Source: Octopus sinensis (Eukaryota). Taken from it: a DNA stretch of 64,000 nucleotides. Every line of letters begins with the position of its first letter. The stretch's first letter is position 1. The stretch covers positions 106,268,001-106,332,000 of the forward strand of contig NC_043005.1 in assembly GCF_006345805.1 (NCBI RefSeq), written 5' to 3'. The translations under genes were made by a program, and so were the position numbers. Positions 1 through 12,639 of the stretch are shown here, one piece after another. The notes under the pieces are model-generated. The model ran no database searches and was not told where the DNA came from. It worked only from the letters and a program-made list of their open reading frames with translations.

Positions 1-270
1 TTTTGCAGAATGCCTTCTTGATACCTTGGGCAAAGAAACTCCCTCTGTACATTGATAGGCCACTAAAATGAAAACAACAGAGTGTTCATTTACAAAATTA
101 AATGAAGCTATGTAAAAAAGGTATTATTTATATTGAAGGTTATTGTTCTTACAGCAACAATGCTCTTCTCAATACATGTGATGTATCAGTTAAAACTAAT
201 TTTTACATTTTTTTGCAGATATGGTGAACAATGAATCATTCAGAAATAATTTTCAGTTCCTTTATTATTA

Positions 271-306
<36 letters not shown>

Positions 307-339
307 TTATTATTATTATTACTGTTGTTATTGTTTTTG

Positions 340-742
340 TTATAAGCAGCACATGACCTTGCAGGTGGGGCCCAGTTAGAATTTTCTTCTGTTCGAGTAA
401 TCCATCCTGCTCAAAAGGTCCCTGAATAAGGGTTAAGGATGATGAATGAAACATCCATGTTTCCAGAGGTGCATTATCCAAACCCCAAAGAATCCCTCTC
501 AACACATGACTATGATGCTTCCACACTGCTTCTACTCGTGATCAGAGATGCACATATTGCAAGCGACTAAGGGACATGGTCAACTGATTAAGGTCAAACA
601 ACTGACAAGCAAATCTGTGGTATTCAGTAGAATATTTGCTGTAGCCCATCTTTTATACCAAGACAAAACAATGTACATGATAACACTTCCAATCAGTTAA
701 GATCAAAAGCCACGAGAACCACTGCCTGGTAATGCATCAGTG
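340..742. repeat. Interspersed repeat family flanked by (ATT)n; related copies at 23455-23782 and 63905-64000
   Basis: Shared text 'catgacc..gcaggtggggcccagttagaattttcttc...aaaaggtccctgaataagggtt...aaaccccaaagaatccctctcaacacatg' in both long copies; both lie inside ATT arrays. Confidence 0.8.
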
Positions 743-1579
743 TTATTGTTATTATTATTATTATTATCATTATTATAACATATTGTTACTGTTAGTGCTA
801 TCTTCATTCTTTTTGATTTTTATGTCATTGCTGTTATTTCCGTCTTTGTAATATTTCTCTTTTACTACTGATATTGCCAATTTTTAGCAACATCTGCTGC
901 TTCTGCCACTGCTGCTGCTGCTGTAGTTGTATTATTTGATGCTATATTCCAGCCCTATTTAAAAGGAAGAAAAACGAATTTGTTAAATGTTAAGTAAGCG
1001 ACCATGCATTGAATAGGGTTGATTTTAAAGCTCTAATGCTCCCTTGACTCCAGGCAATACACTCTCAGTAATTAATGCACTAAGTCACCTTGTATTGCAA
1101 GACCCATCACTAAAATCTGCTTATTGGAAAGCTGTCCATCCATCCATACATACATAAATCTATTCATCTATCCATCCATGCAAACATCCATACATATATC
1201 CATCCATCCACCCACTTACCCACTCATCCATCCGTCGATCGATTGATCCATCCATCCATCTAGTCATACATACTTACACACATGTATGCATACATACATA
1301 CGTAAATATATATACATAGATATATGTATAAGTTATTTTAGGAGCTATTTATCTCGCTCTCTCCACTAACACACATATATGCATAATTATATACATAATA
1401 TAGGTACATTATATACATATAAATATATACATATATACATTTATGTATATGCATTCGGTGAGCCTTCTTTTTTCTGTTGAGGGCTTATATGCCCCTTTAT
1501 TAGATTATTTTCCTTAGTCATTGCATGGTGATCACCATAAGCTTTAAGCTTATTAACAATACCATTATTATTATTTACA

Positions 1580-1624
<45 letters not shown>

Positions 1625-1628
<4 letters not shown>

Positions 1629-1820
1629 AGATCGGTAGCCTCTACACACATTTTTTTCTCTCCTTGTTTCTCTCCTTGTTTTTTCTGTGTCCCTTTCTGT
1701 GGAAGAGCATAGGCTCAAAACATAAAACACTTTTTCAATTCCTGAGCGTTATACTAATACAATCTGTTTCTTTTCTACACCACCTGTCTTCATCTTCTGT
1801 TTTTTTCGTGAATTCTCCCT
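1625..1820 (+). mobile_element. Short (TA)n-flanked repeat with decayed hammerhead-like motif (Penelope-associated family)
   Basis: Homologous (reverse complement) to 38070-38320 and 40218-40460; core 'ctgtggaagagcataggctcaaaac' has GAAA mutated to AAAA. Confidence 0.6.
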
Positions 1821-1831
1821 ATATATATATG

Positions 1832-2110
1832 ACATGTTCTGTCCTCACCTTCGAAACACGCTGGAGTTGAACTAGGGACAGCTGATGAAGGGGATTTTTC
1901 CTTGTGTAGTTGTCTTGTACTCTGTTTTTTCGTTGTTAAAAAAATGGTCCGTTCCATGCTGTTTTTACTTTTTCGTTTCTCGTTGAGTTCTACGTCTAAT
2001 TGTGGTGTCCTGTACACACGTATATATATTTATATATGCATGTATATATACATGTAGATGTAGGTACGTACATATATGTTTGTATGTATGCATATATTTT
2101 ATTTATTACA
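1832..2110 (+). repeat. (TA)n-flanked repeat, homologous to 8654-8895 on the minus strand
   Basis: Shared 'ccttcgaaac...ctga(t/a)gaaggggatttttc...ggtgtcctgtacaca...catgtaga(t/g)gtaggtacgtacatatatgttt'. Confidence 0.75.
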
Positions 2111-2234
2111 CTATATATATATATATATGTTTATATATATATATATATATATAAAGGAGACAAATGCTCAAGATGTTGTTAATCCATTTATATCATGAAA
2201 TACTCTACATATGTTTTGACAGGCATAAATATAT

Positions 2235-2273
<39 letters not shown>

Positions 2274-2893
2274 CTAAATGTTGCACTCACGATTGTGAGA
2301 TCATGATTTCGATTCCCAGACTGGGCGTTGTGTTGCTCTTGAGTAAAGCACTTCATTTCACATTGCTCTGCATATGTGTATACATGCAAACAGAGAAAGT
2401 AAAAGGCTGGAGATTTTCAGATGAGGAATATTTAAGTATAAAAATATAGACATTTACATATTAATAAGTCAAACTTACACAGAGTACAAACGACAGAGAA
2501 AATTGAAGGGGAAATAACTAAGGGTACTAGTAACCACGAGCATTGCTAGAAATAAGAGTCAAAACAACTCTTAGCCATGATAAAGTGCTTATCTTTATCA
2601 TGGCAAAGTGTTGTTGGTGCTTAGTAGTACCCTTAATCACTTTAGTGGTATATATATATATATATATATGTAGGTTAAATTTACAATTAAAATGAAGGTT
2701 TAGATAGGAGACATTAAAAAGCAGTATCCAAACCTTGTTTTGGGTAAGTCCCAGGTAGTGTACTTGCAGAACACTTCACCACTTATGGCTAGCAGGCATC
2801 ATCCATAGTACTGTTCTTTCATCGTTGGTGCACATTGCGTATATACTAAATGATTTATTCAGAAGATGGAGTGTAACAAGAAGCTTTATTTAG

Positions 2894-2996
2894 CACAACA
2901 ATCGTTTCAGCTGCCCTCTGCACTGCTTCTTTGTAGGTGGGGAATGATATAATGACCTCAGATGCATCTCACAGTGCAAAGAAGCTTCATCAGGTG
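2894..2996 (-). ncRNA. Type I hammerhead ribozyme-like motif with extended stem II
   Basis: Minus strand: CAC-CUGAUGA-AGCUUCUUUGCACUG...CAGUGCAGAGGGCAGCU-GAAA-CGAUUG-UU-GUG. Confidence 0.6.
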
Positions 2997-3380
2997 ACAT
3001 AATAGGCTTCAAAAGTTATAAGATTTACATCTTGCTCCAAGCCAGATGCTGGTATAATGGTGTATTGCCAGTAGTCCACACACAGTATAGAATATCTAGG
3101 AAGGACCGAATTTTTCGATAGACATTCTCTTGTTTATAAAAGTAGAACAATAGAGTATGATTCGAAGGAGAAGTATATGCTGTTGCTAGCATATTGAGCC
3201 ATGGATATTCAGATTTACTCAAAGGAACATGAAGAACAGGTTGTATGAAATGAACTGGGAAATGATTCAAGTCTTAAAAATGTCAGCTAATGAACGCAAG
3301 AGAGCTAATAAGTATCTGGTGTGGCCATATACAAAAAATAAAAACTGAAAATAAAATGATTATATGTTGTGAAATGATGC

Positions 3381-3630
3381 AGTATGTAATCCCACAGCAT
3401 GCTAATAAAGAGAAATGAATTTTGTTGATGTGCTGTGGGGTATCAAATTATATGAGTGCACTGTGTGCTGGCGGAGTATGTAATGCCAGAACATGCTAAT
3501 AAATAGAAATGGAATTTGATGGTGTCCTGGGGGATAATAAAGAATATTAGTGCACTGTGGGTTGATGGGGTACGTAATTCCGCAGCATGCTAACAGAACA
3601 AAACTAATTCTGTTGATATGCGGGAAAACA
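3381..3630. repeat. Diverged ~94-bp tandem repeat, ~2.6 copies
   Basis: 'gtatgtaat...catgctaa...agtgcactgtg' recurs at ~3381, ~3476 and (partially) ~3569. Confidence 0.7.
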
Positions 3631-4579
3631 AAGGTGTACGTTGGTGTGTTGTGGAATGCTGGAGCATGTGTCGACATTGTGAGGGTGATGGAGTATTTTG
3701 GTGTATTGTGGGATGATGGAATATTTTAGAGTACTGTGAGATGACCCCATATCTACGGTGTTCACTTCTGGAATAAGGAGTGGTTGGAGACCACGCGGTC
3801 ATTAGCCTCAAATTGCCAGGTCTGGTTGGCGTTTGTGAGAGATGCAGCATTGAGGATGAATGAAGCCAGCTCAACCCACCCTGGGTGAATGTTATCCCAA
3901 GTCAAGTCAAGAGATGATGTTATATGTTATTGTTCTGTAGAATTGATGAGTGTATCAGCTCACTGCACACTGTTTTAATATATAAATTCTTGTCACCATA
4001 ACACTTTATTTACAGGCTGAATAGATATGTGGTAGTTGGCATATAAAGTAACGGAATCCTGATGATGAGGTTGAGAAATGTGTAGAGCAAGTTGAAAGGT
4101 AGACTGATTTGTTTAGTTTCACATTTTTATATCAGAATATATGAAATCATAGCACTGTTACTTGCATGTTTCCAATGGGCCTACTATTTGTTCACTCTAT
4201 TTCTGATGGCATGAATCACAAGAGAGTGTCTGTAACTAGCTACAGAGCATACATTACAAAGGACATTTTCATTTTTCTCACCAATGTGTTCTTCCTTTAT
4301 GTAAACACAGCTAACTTCCAGAGGGTTTCCATCTACTACATTCTAGAAACAAGTTATTGGTCAGTCCAAGATTATATAGAAACCCTTGCCCAAGATGGCA
4401 TAACATGTGATCAAACCCTGTTGCATGTGGTTACATATCTGGAGAATGGTCATGAATCCTACAATACCAGGATATTCCTGATGTTGCCAATGACATTTCC
4501 TATTGTTTCTTAAGAATGCCTCTGGCTTTTAATAAAGTAAATATTTTTCTGAAAGACCTTTTTATTTCAAGATTACAAT

Positions 4580-5455
4580 GGTGAAGTAGGAAAATGAGAG
4601 GAGAAAAAATGGAAAATAAGGAAAAGAAAAACAGCAGAAAAAGTAGAAAAGAAGGAAAGGACATAGGATTTAAAAAGAAATATCTGAAAGGTAAAAGTAT
4701 AAAGAAATTATGTAAATATAGAATGAATATAGAAAATGGGGGAATAAAGTCCAAGAAAGAAAAACAGAAAGAATAGGTGATTCACAGAACAAAAAATGAT
4801 GGAATAGAAGAATGGAAAAATAAAAGAGAATGAAATAATAAATGTGAAGAATAAGACTAAACTATTGATATAATTTTAAAAGTGACTATAAAAGAGAAAG
4901 AAAATGTGTATGAAAGACTAAGAGAATTGAAGATTAAAAATGAAGAAAATAAAGGAAAGGAAAAGGGGAATGAAACTGAGATAGATATAAAAAATAAATG
5001 AAAGATAAAATAAAATAGAAATAACAAGAAAAAGCAAACTAGAAAGAAAAATACAAAGAAAAGCTTAATGAAACAAAAAAATATGTAAAGAAAAATGTTT
5101 GAATATTTTGGATATGGAAAGAAAGAATGAATAACAATGGAAACAATTAAAGACATAAGAATATTATATACAATGAAACTTGTGGTGAAAGAGAAGGTAG
5201 GGAACAAGATGAATGAAACAAGGATAGGAAGAATCAACAGATGAAAATAAGAAACAAAAAATGAAAAAAATAAAAGACAAAATGAAAGACAAAAAAATAG
5301 AGGAAAATATTTTTTTGTATGGTAAATAAATGTAGAAAGAAATGTTAAAATATAAAATGAAATGATAAATGACTGAGAAAAGAGAAATGAACAAATATAT
5401 ACAGAAATAAAGGAAGAATAAAAAAGAAAGAAAAAAGAAAAGAGAAAGACATGAT
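4580..5455. repeat. Purine (A/G)-rich low-complexity tract
   Basis: Strong A/G skew; only K/E/R-rich or F/L-rich spurious ORFs. Confidence 0.8.
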
Positions 5456-6226
5456 TAGGTTTAGTATGTTGCTGAAGATTTCATCTTTGGATTTTTGACA
5501 ATAATGTCAGATAATTAATTTCCAGGACTTTGTTTAAAAGTAGTTAAGTGATGTAAAAGAAAATGAAATAAAATTTAAAAAAAAAGACAGAACAGAATTT
5601 CATTATTTATTTATGTATTTATTTATTTATTTATTTAGCCATTTATTTTGCTTCAGATGTGACAAAAACATTTGCAAGGAAAACGGTTTTAATGGTCAAA
5701 CAAAAAACTTTCTAAAAATAAAAGTCTGTGAGAGATCTTTTATATAGCCACTGGATATGTTAGAAATAGCAACTAAATCTGAAAAAAAATCACACTTTAC
5801 TATCATGAAAAACAAACAAAAAATAAAAAAGGATGCATTTGATAAAATACTCCTAGATAGGCTATGACTGACAAAAATATAAGATAATCATGACTGGAAT
5901 GTCTTCTTCCAAAAGAAGAGAGGATCGGTACTGACTTGAAGGTTAAACAAAATTACCCCTGAAATCCCCATTGCCCCCAATATCCCCATTGCCCCCAATA
6001 TCCCCTTACACTCATGAATCAAGTGTGTTATGAAAGAAATGAGATTCTCCAATGCTGAAATACAACAGCAATTAGCTTATTCACACTTGAATCTGTTGAA
6101 ATGTATTAGCAATAATATGTAAGCATTATTTTGATTCTAGATATTCTCCATGCACGTAATGATTTATTATTGGTTGGCAGATATCAGCATGCAACAGCAA
6201 ATAATCTGTCTGCTGAAGTTATAACC

Positions 6227-6812
6227 TATTTCTTTACTACCCACAAGGGGCTAAACACAGAGAGGACAAACAAGGACAGACAAACGGATTAAGTCGATTA
6301 CATCGACCACAGCGCGTAACTGGTACTTCATCTATCGACCCTGAAAGGATGAAAGGCAAAGTCGACCTCGGTGGAATTTGAACTCAGAACGTAACGGCAG
6401 ACGAAATATCTATTTCTTTACTACCCACAAGGGGCTAAATGCAGAGAGGACAAACAAGGACAGACAAATGGAATAAGTCGATTACATCGACCCCAGCACG
6501 TAACTGGTACTTAATTTATCGATCCCGAAAGGATGAAAGGCAAAGTCGACCTTGGCGGAATTTGAACTCAGAAATATCTATTTCCTTACTACCTACAAGG
6601 GGCTAAACACGGAGAGAACAAACAAGGACGGACAAATGGATTAAGTCGATTATATCGACCCCAGTGTGTAACTGGTACTTAATTTATCGACCCCAAAAGG
6701 ATGAAAGGCAAAGTCGACCTCGGCGGAATTTGTACTCAGAATGTAACAGCAGACGAAATACGGCTACGCATTTCGCCCAGCGTGCTAACGTTTCTGCCAG
6801 GTCACCGCCTTA
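6227..6812 (-). mobile_element. SINE family B (tRNA head, Meta/MESC-like central domain) with triplicated body
   Basis: Three tandem 'ctatttc.ttactacc.acaaggggctaaa...gaaaggcaaagtcgac' units, one head; TSD tgc(t/c)gaagttataacc at 6211-6226 and 6813-6828. Confidence 0.85.
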
Positions 6813-7114
6813 TGCCGAAGTTATAACCATGAGACACAAGCTTCTGCTAGGTTCATTATTTTAGGATAGTTTTGGCTGAGGAGAAATAATGACATCAGGA
6901 CATTGGGTGTCCAAAAGTACCCTCATGTTTAATGAATGGAGTGTGTTAGGGACATACACTCGTCTGAAGGTAGAAGTTCTTCTCCAATGGTGAAATATTT
7001 CAGTGATTAGCATATTCAAGTTCAAATCTGACAGAACACTTTCAGAATGTGTATACAAGTCATTGGTGTCATGATTGAGAAACAAATAGATAGATCCATA
7101 GCCATGCATGTGTG

Positions 7115-7198
<84 letters not shown>

Positions 7199-8653
7199 AG
7201 CTGGCCTTAGTGGGAGTAAAGTTGAAATATATCAGAAGTCGAAGTGAAGTCATTTTGGCTGGAAGCTTGAAACAGAAATGAAGTTGTGTGTGTGATCAGA
7301 TGGCGAAGGGAATTAGGTAGGGGTGAGTATCTGGAGCTTCTGGGAAATTCTAGGGAGTAAGAGGGGCAGAGATGCGAAGTTTCTACATCAAAAGAAAGTA
7401 ATAAAACTGAAACAGAGAAACAAAATAAAGAAAATAATAAATGATGACAAAAGAATATGTGCGTTTTACTTACACATACATATGCACGCATACACACACA
7501 TACACACACACATATACATATAAATGTAAAGAGAGTGATAAATGCATACATACATACAAACATACATAAATATATGTTATATGTATGTGTATCTATTTAT
7601 TTATCTATCTATGTTTATATGTGTATATGTATGGGTGTGCACATGTGTGTGTGTGTGTATGTGTGTTTATATGTGTATATGTATGGGTGTGCACATGTGT
7701 GTGTGTGTGTGTATGTGTGTGTGTGGGTGGGTGTGTGTGGGCGTATGTGTGTGTATGTGTGTGTGTGTGTGTGTGTGTGAAAGGATAAGAAGGATATCAA
7801 TTGTGAAAAAAAGCCTATATAACAAAAGCACATGCAAACTCCAGAACAAAATTTAAAACCATTGATACTGACAGTGATAATGGTGGTGGTGGTGGTGGCG
7901 GTGGTTGGGGCGGCGGCGGTGGTGGTGGTGGCGGTGGTGGTGGTGGTGGCGTTAGTGCTGGAGGCATCAAGGTGCCACACTACCACCCTCATCACCACTA
8001 CCAACCAACCAACCAACAACAACAACACCACCACTACTGTAGCAATGGTGTCAGCATAAAAACACTGAACCACCACCGCCACCACCAAAACGAGGTCAAT
8101 AAGTACAGTGTTGTTTATTTTTATTTTCTTTTTATTTTATTTTATTTTATTGCTCCTCAGTTTTATTTATTTATTTATTTATTGCTTTAAACTAATAAGT
8201 CAGCTGAGAATCCTCTAATTTCATTTACATTTTGTTGATCTTTTCTTTTTTATCTACATCCCTCTTCCAATATGTCTTTTGTTTTTTTCAAAGTGTGGAG
8301 ATAGTAAGGGAGTGGGGACATGGGTCCCACTTATTGCCTTTATTTCTTTCACCATTTTTTTCTGTCCCCTTATTTTTCAAAGATTCATTTATTGTTGTTT
8401 TTTCAAACATATATTTTCTACATTCTTTGTCACTGAGATATTTATAGTTTTAAATGTTTAATGAAGTTTGCTAATAAATAAAATAAACAAAATAAAAAAT
8501 TAAGTACCCATATATTTATATCACATACATAAGTGTGTGTGTGTGTGTATATGTATATATCTGTGTATTTATCTGCACACATACATATATATGTGCATAC
8601 TTACACATAAAACATAGAGGATTTATATATGTATATATATATATATATATATG

Positions 8654-8895
8654 TTAATAAAATAGAACATATGCATATATATAAACATATATGTACGTAC
8701 CTACCTCTACATGTACATATACACGCATATATGTGTACAGGACACCAAAAAGACGTCGAACACATAGAGAGACGAAAAACATAGACACAAACCAAGGAAG
8801 AAGACAAGCAAAAAAAGAGATACAGGACAATAAGCACAACGAAAAATCCCCTTCTTCAGTCGCTAAGGTTTCATCTACTAAACGTTTCGAAGGAT
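8654..8895 (-). repeat. (TA)n-flanked repeat homologous to 1832-2110
   Basis: Reverse-complement similarity over ~240 bp. Confidence 0.75.
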
Positions 8896-9475
8896 ATATA
8901 TATATATATCTGTATGTATGTGTATGTATTATGTTTATTCATGGATGCACATACACAAGTATATGTTTTGGTGTATGTCATAGAAGCATACCCCACCTAC
9001 ATATGCACATGAATTCATCTGTAAACTCACATATAAGCATACATAATGTAGACACACAGGAATATGACAAACTCTAATAATCAAGAAGAGTATATTCATA
9101 AAAAAACAATAATAATAATAATTGCCTCCTGCCTCTGAACAGTTTTTAGTAAGATCAATTCATAAATAAAAGATAAGAAAATAAATATTTTACATATGAT
9201 GGGTTGTTGGGTGAAAAATTGGTACTTTTTAAGGTCACGTGTTGGTTAAAATTTGCTGAAAGACATTCTTGTCTCTGGAGAGAAATATATGAAAGAATCA
9301 CAAGAAGAGGCATTAAATAATTGAGATGACATTCATATGAATTTGGTACCACAACATATAGTTGTACTTACATGTCCTCTTTGTGTGAAGTGAGTGCATG
9401 TGGGTGTGTATGTTCAGTATATGTATGCATGCATGTGTATGTATGCGAGTGTGTGTTTGTAAGTTTTTGTTTATA

Positions 9476-9696
9476 TGAGGGGGTGCTGAAAAGTTCCTGG
9501 CTTGAAGAGTATCGGGGGGGGGGGCCTGGTTGGCGGCCTAACCTTCTGAGTTCTTTTCTAAAGCTTAGAAAAACTGAAGGACCACTGCAATATGCCTGAG
9601 AATCTGAAAGGGGAATATATTGAATAAAATCATAGTTAACTGATCCTCCTATATTTTCTTTTCTCCCAAAACCAGGAACTTTTCAGCTCCTGCTTG
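9476..9696 (+). mobile_element. Mariner-derived MITE
   Basis: TA flanks; inverted termini 'gctgaaaagttcctgg'/'ccaggaacttttcagc'; retains transposase C-terminal remnant NLKGEYIE*. Confidence 0.75.
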
Positions 9697-10242
9697 TAAA
9701 TGAAGGAACGGGTGTTCCATATAAGATGTAAAGTTGAGTTTTTGTGTATTAAGGGTCAGTTCTGGTTATTCACTCCAATTTCTAAATGGTGGTTCACATC
9801 AAATATGTTCAATTGAGTAACGTCTTAATGCTGTCTATTTGAATACAAAAGGTACAAACACTTGAGTAATGCATCATACATACATATATATATATATACA
9901 CTTATACACACACACACCTCCACACACATACATATGTACATATATCTATCTTTCTATATCTATATCTATGTATGTCTGTCTTTCTGTCTGTATGTATGTA
10001 TGTATGTATGGATGTATGGATGTATGGATGTATGTATGTATGTATGTATGTATGTATGGATGTATGTATGTATGCATGCATTATCTATGTATGTATGCAT
10101 GTAAGTGTACAGAAGCAAGTATATATGTATGCATGTATATGCCTGTGTGTGTGTGTTTGTACAAAATACTATTTTAACTGTTACTATTTTAGCTGTTACA
10201 AAATACTATTTTAGCTGTTATAAGTGTACTGGTCCGTCACAG

Positions 10243-10273
<31 letters not shown>

Positions 10274-10809
10274 CACATGTACAAATATAGATACACACGA
10301 GTATATTTATAGCTAAAATGATGTTAAACCAATTATGAAGATGCTGCCGTTCCATATACCAAGGAATACATACCACCGCACATACTCATCCACGCATCTG
10401 CATCCACTTCTACACTCAAACACACAAACACATACTCACACATAGACACATACACATTGCCATTATACTGAACATACTTACATTATTAAACAGTAAGCAC
10501 TAAATGAAGGTCTTCGGGTCATTCAGTTCATCAGTCACGGATCAATCAGCTGTTACTCTTTTCATCATTGAGATCCAACACAGTCCAATCTACACTTTTA
10601 AAAACAATGAAATCCTTCTTTTTTTTCTTTTTTTTATTCTACACTAGCTCTATGCCCTACAGAACAGAAGCAATTGCCTGTGCGAGGGAGACAATCACAA
10701 AATGTCTAATTGAATTCCCATGTTACTTCTAAACTACGCAATTATATATTCATACTTCTTTTTCTTTTTCACACTGGGAGCCACCAAGTCTCAGATTTCT
10801 AATCAAATA

Positions 10810-11095
10810 ATACAGATCTACACGAGCAGTGTTCAATACTTGGTTCCTTACCATTTCCCAAACCATCCAGATCCTCACGAGCAGTGTCCAATATTTGCTG
10901 CCTTACCATTTTCAATTCGTGTAGATTCACATGAACAATGTTCACTACCGTTCTTTCGTTTTTGTTTTTTGTTTTCATTTTCAAATCACATGTACAGATA
11001 TGAGCAATGTTCTATAATGGGCTTCCTTTACCATTTTCAAATCTTATTGATCCTTATGAGCAGTTCTGAATACTTGGTTCCTGGCCATTTTTATA
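10810..11095. repeat. ~54-bp minisatellite, ~5 diverged copies
   Basis: Repeated 'gatc..ca(c/t)gagca(g/a)tgttc...ccttaccatttt'; produces the repeated HEQC/YEQC in ORF 10720-11154. Confidence 0.75.
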
Positions 11096-11354
11096 ACTTT
11101 TTAGTCAAGAAAGAAGAACAACACCCCAAAATTGTTCAGAGTGTCCAAGATTAGTCAGGGGAGGAGAGAAATAGATAAAGCTTGTCCTCCAAGATGCTTT
11201 TGCAGGACAAAAATCACAGTATTATGGCATCCTTACAGTATATCTACATTAAGTAGGATGTATAGATTGCTATTTAGAGCTAATACTGCTTCTGTCACTG
11301 ATAACTAATATGTGTATGTATACATATGTCTGTACACATATATATATATATATA

Positions 11355-11755
11355 TCATCATCATCATCATCATCATCATCATCGTTTAGCGTCTGCTTTC
11401 CATGCTAGCATGGGTTGGACGGTTCAACTGGGGTCTGGGAAGCCAGAAGGCTGCACCAGGCCCAGTCTGATCTGGCAGTGTTTCTATGGCTGGATGCCCT
11501 TCCTAACGCCAACCACTCCGTGAGTGTAGTGGGTGCTTTTTACGTGCCACCGGCACAGGTGCCACACGGGGCTGGCAAACGGCCACGATCGGATGGTGCT
11601 TTTTATGTGCCACCGGCATGGGGGCCAGGCGGGGCTGGCAACAGCCACGAACGGATGATGCTTTTTACATGCCACCGGCACGAAGCTAGTCGGGGCGGTG
11701 CTGGCAACGGCCACGTTCGGATGTTTCTCTTACGTGCCACCAGCACTGGTATCAT
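11355..11755 (-). mobile_element. Repeat family C (RTE-like 3' tail, (GAT)n end, internal tandem subrepeats)
   Basis: 'ggatgcccttcctaacgccaacc' and CAT tail; repeated 'gcttttta(c/t)gtgccaccggca' units. Confidence 0.8.
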
Positions 11756-11795
11756 AGCTGCAATTTCCATTGAGCTGCAATGTGTGTGTGTGTGT

Positions 11796-12101
11796 GGAGG
11801 CGCAATGGCCCAGTGGTTAGGGCAGCGGACTCGTGGTTGTAGGATCCCAGTTTCGATTCCCAGACCAGGTGTTGTGAGTGTTTATTGAGCGAAAACAGCT
11901 AGAGCTCCATGAGGCTCCAGCAGGGGGTGGTGGCAATCCCTGCTGTACTCTTTCGCTACAACTTTCACTCTTTCTTCTGTTGGCCTGCTCGCTTAGCCAG
12001 TGGGGTGGCATCATTTGAAGGCTAAAACAATGCGAAGTGCATTGTGACCAGCGTTGTGTAACAACATCTGATAGCCTGGTCGGTCATGGGGATCACTGTG
12101 A
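11796..12101 (+). mobile_element. tRNA-derived SINE family D
   Basis: A box 'tggcccagtggttagg', B-box-like 'gtttcgattccc'; full reverse copy at 41913-42222. Confidence 0.85.
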
Positions 12102-12639
12102 TATATATATATATTGAAATTTGTAACATACAAGTCAATCTTAAGATTCTTATGTCAAAAGATTTTATTAAGCCTACACCAACAATAAAGATCAACCCAC
12201 AGACATGATATGGTCTCTTGGGGTTGGTGTTTGTGGTGTTATTGCTGATTGCCCTAGCAATGTCTTAGTCGATGCCTAAAATATCCATAATGTATGTTGT
12301 AGTAAAACACAGTGTATAAACTGTTTGTGAATAATATGACCTGCGTGTGAAAATAATTAAAGAGTGATGAATGGTATTAATTGCATGGAAGTGAATTTGT
12401 AAGAGATGATAGAAGGTAGTTTGCTAATGCAAAGAATAAAGATTGTGAAAGACATAACTGAATGAATTTCTTAATTGACCTGTGGGTAACTGAATTACTT
12501 AGCTCTAGAGAACACCTGAGTACAAGCTTTATATTCTATAAACATCTTTAAACTGCATCTGTCTGTGAGCATTTACAATGAGCTCTGTGAATTTTATGTA
12601 CACTGTAAGCATTTGCAGCTACAAAATGCAATTATGTCT

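Noticed and set aside
10523-10568. C/D box snoRNA-like motifs on the minus strand
   Set aside because: Only ~46 nt from box C to box D, and no convincing terminal stem
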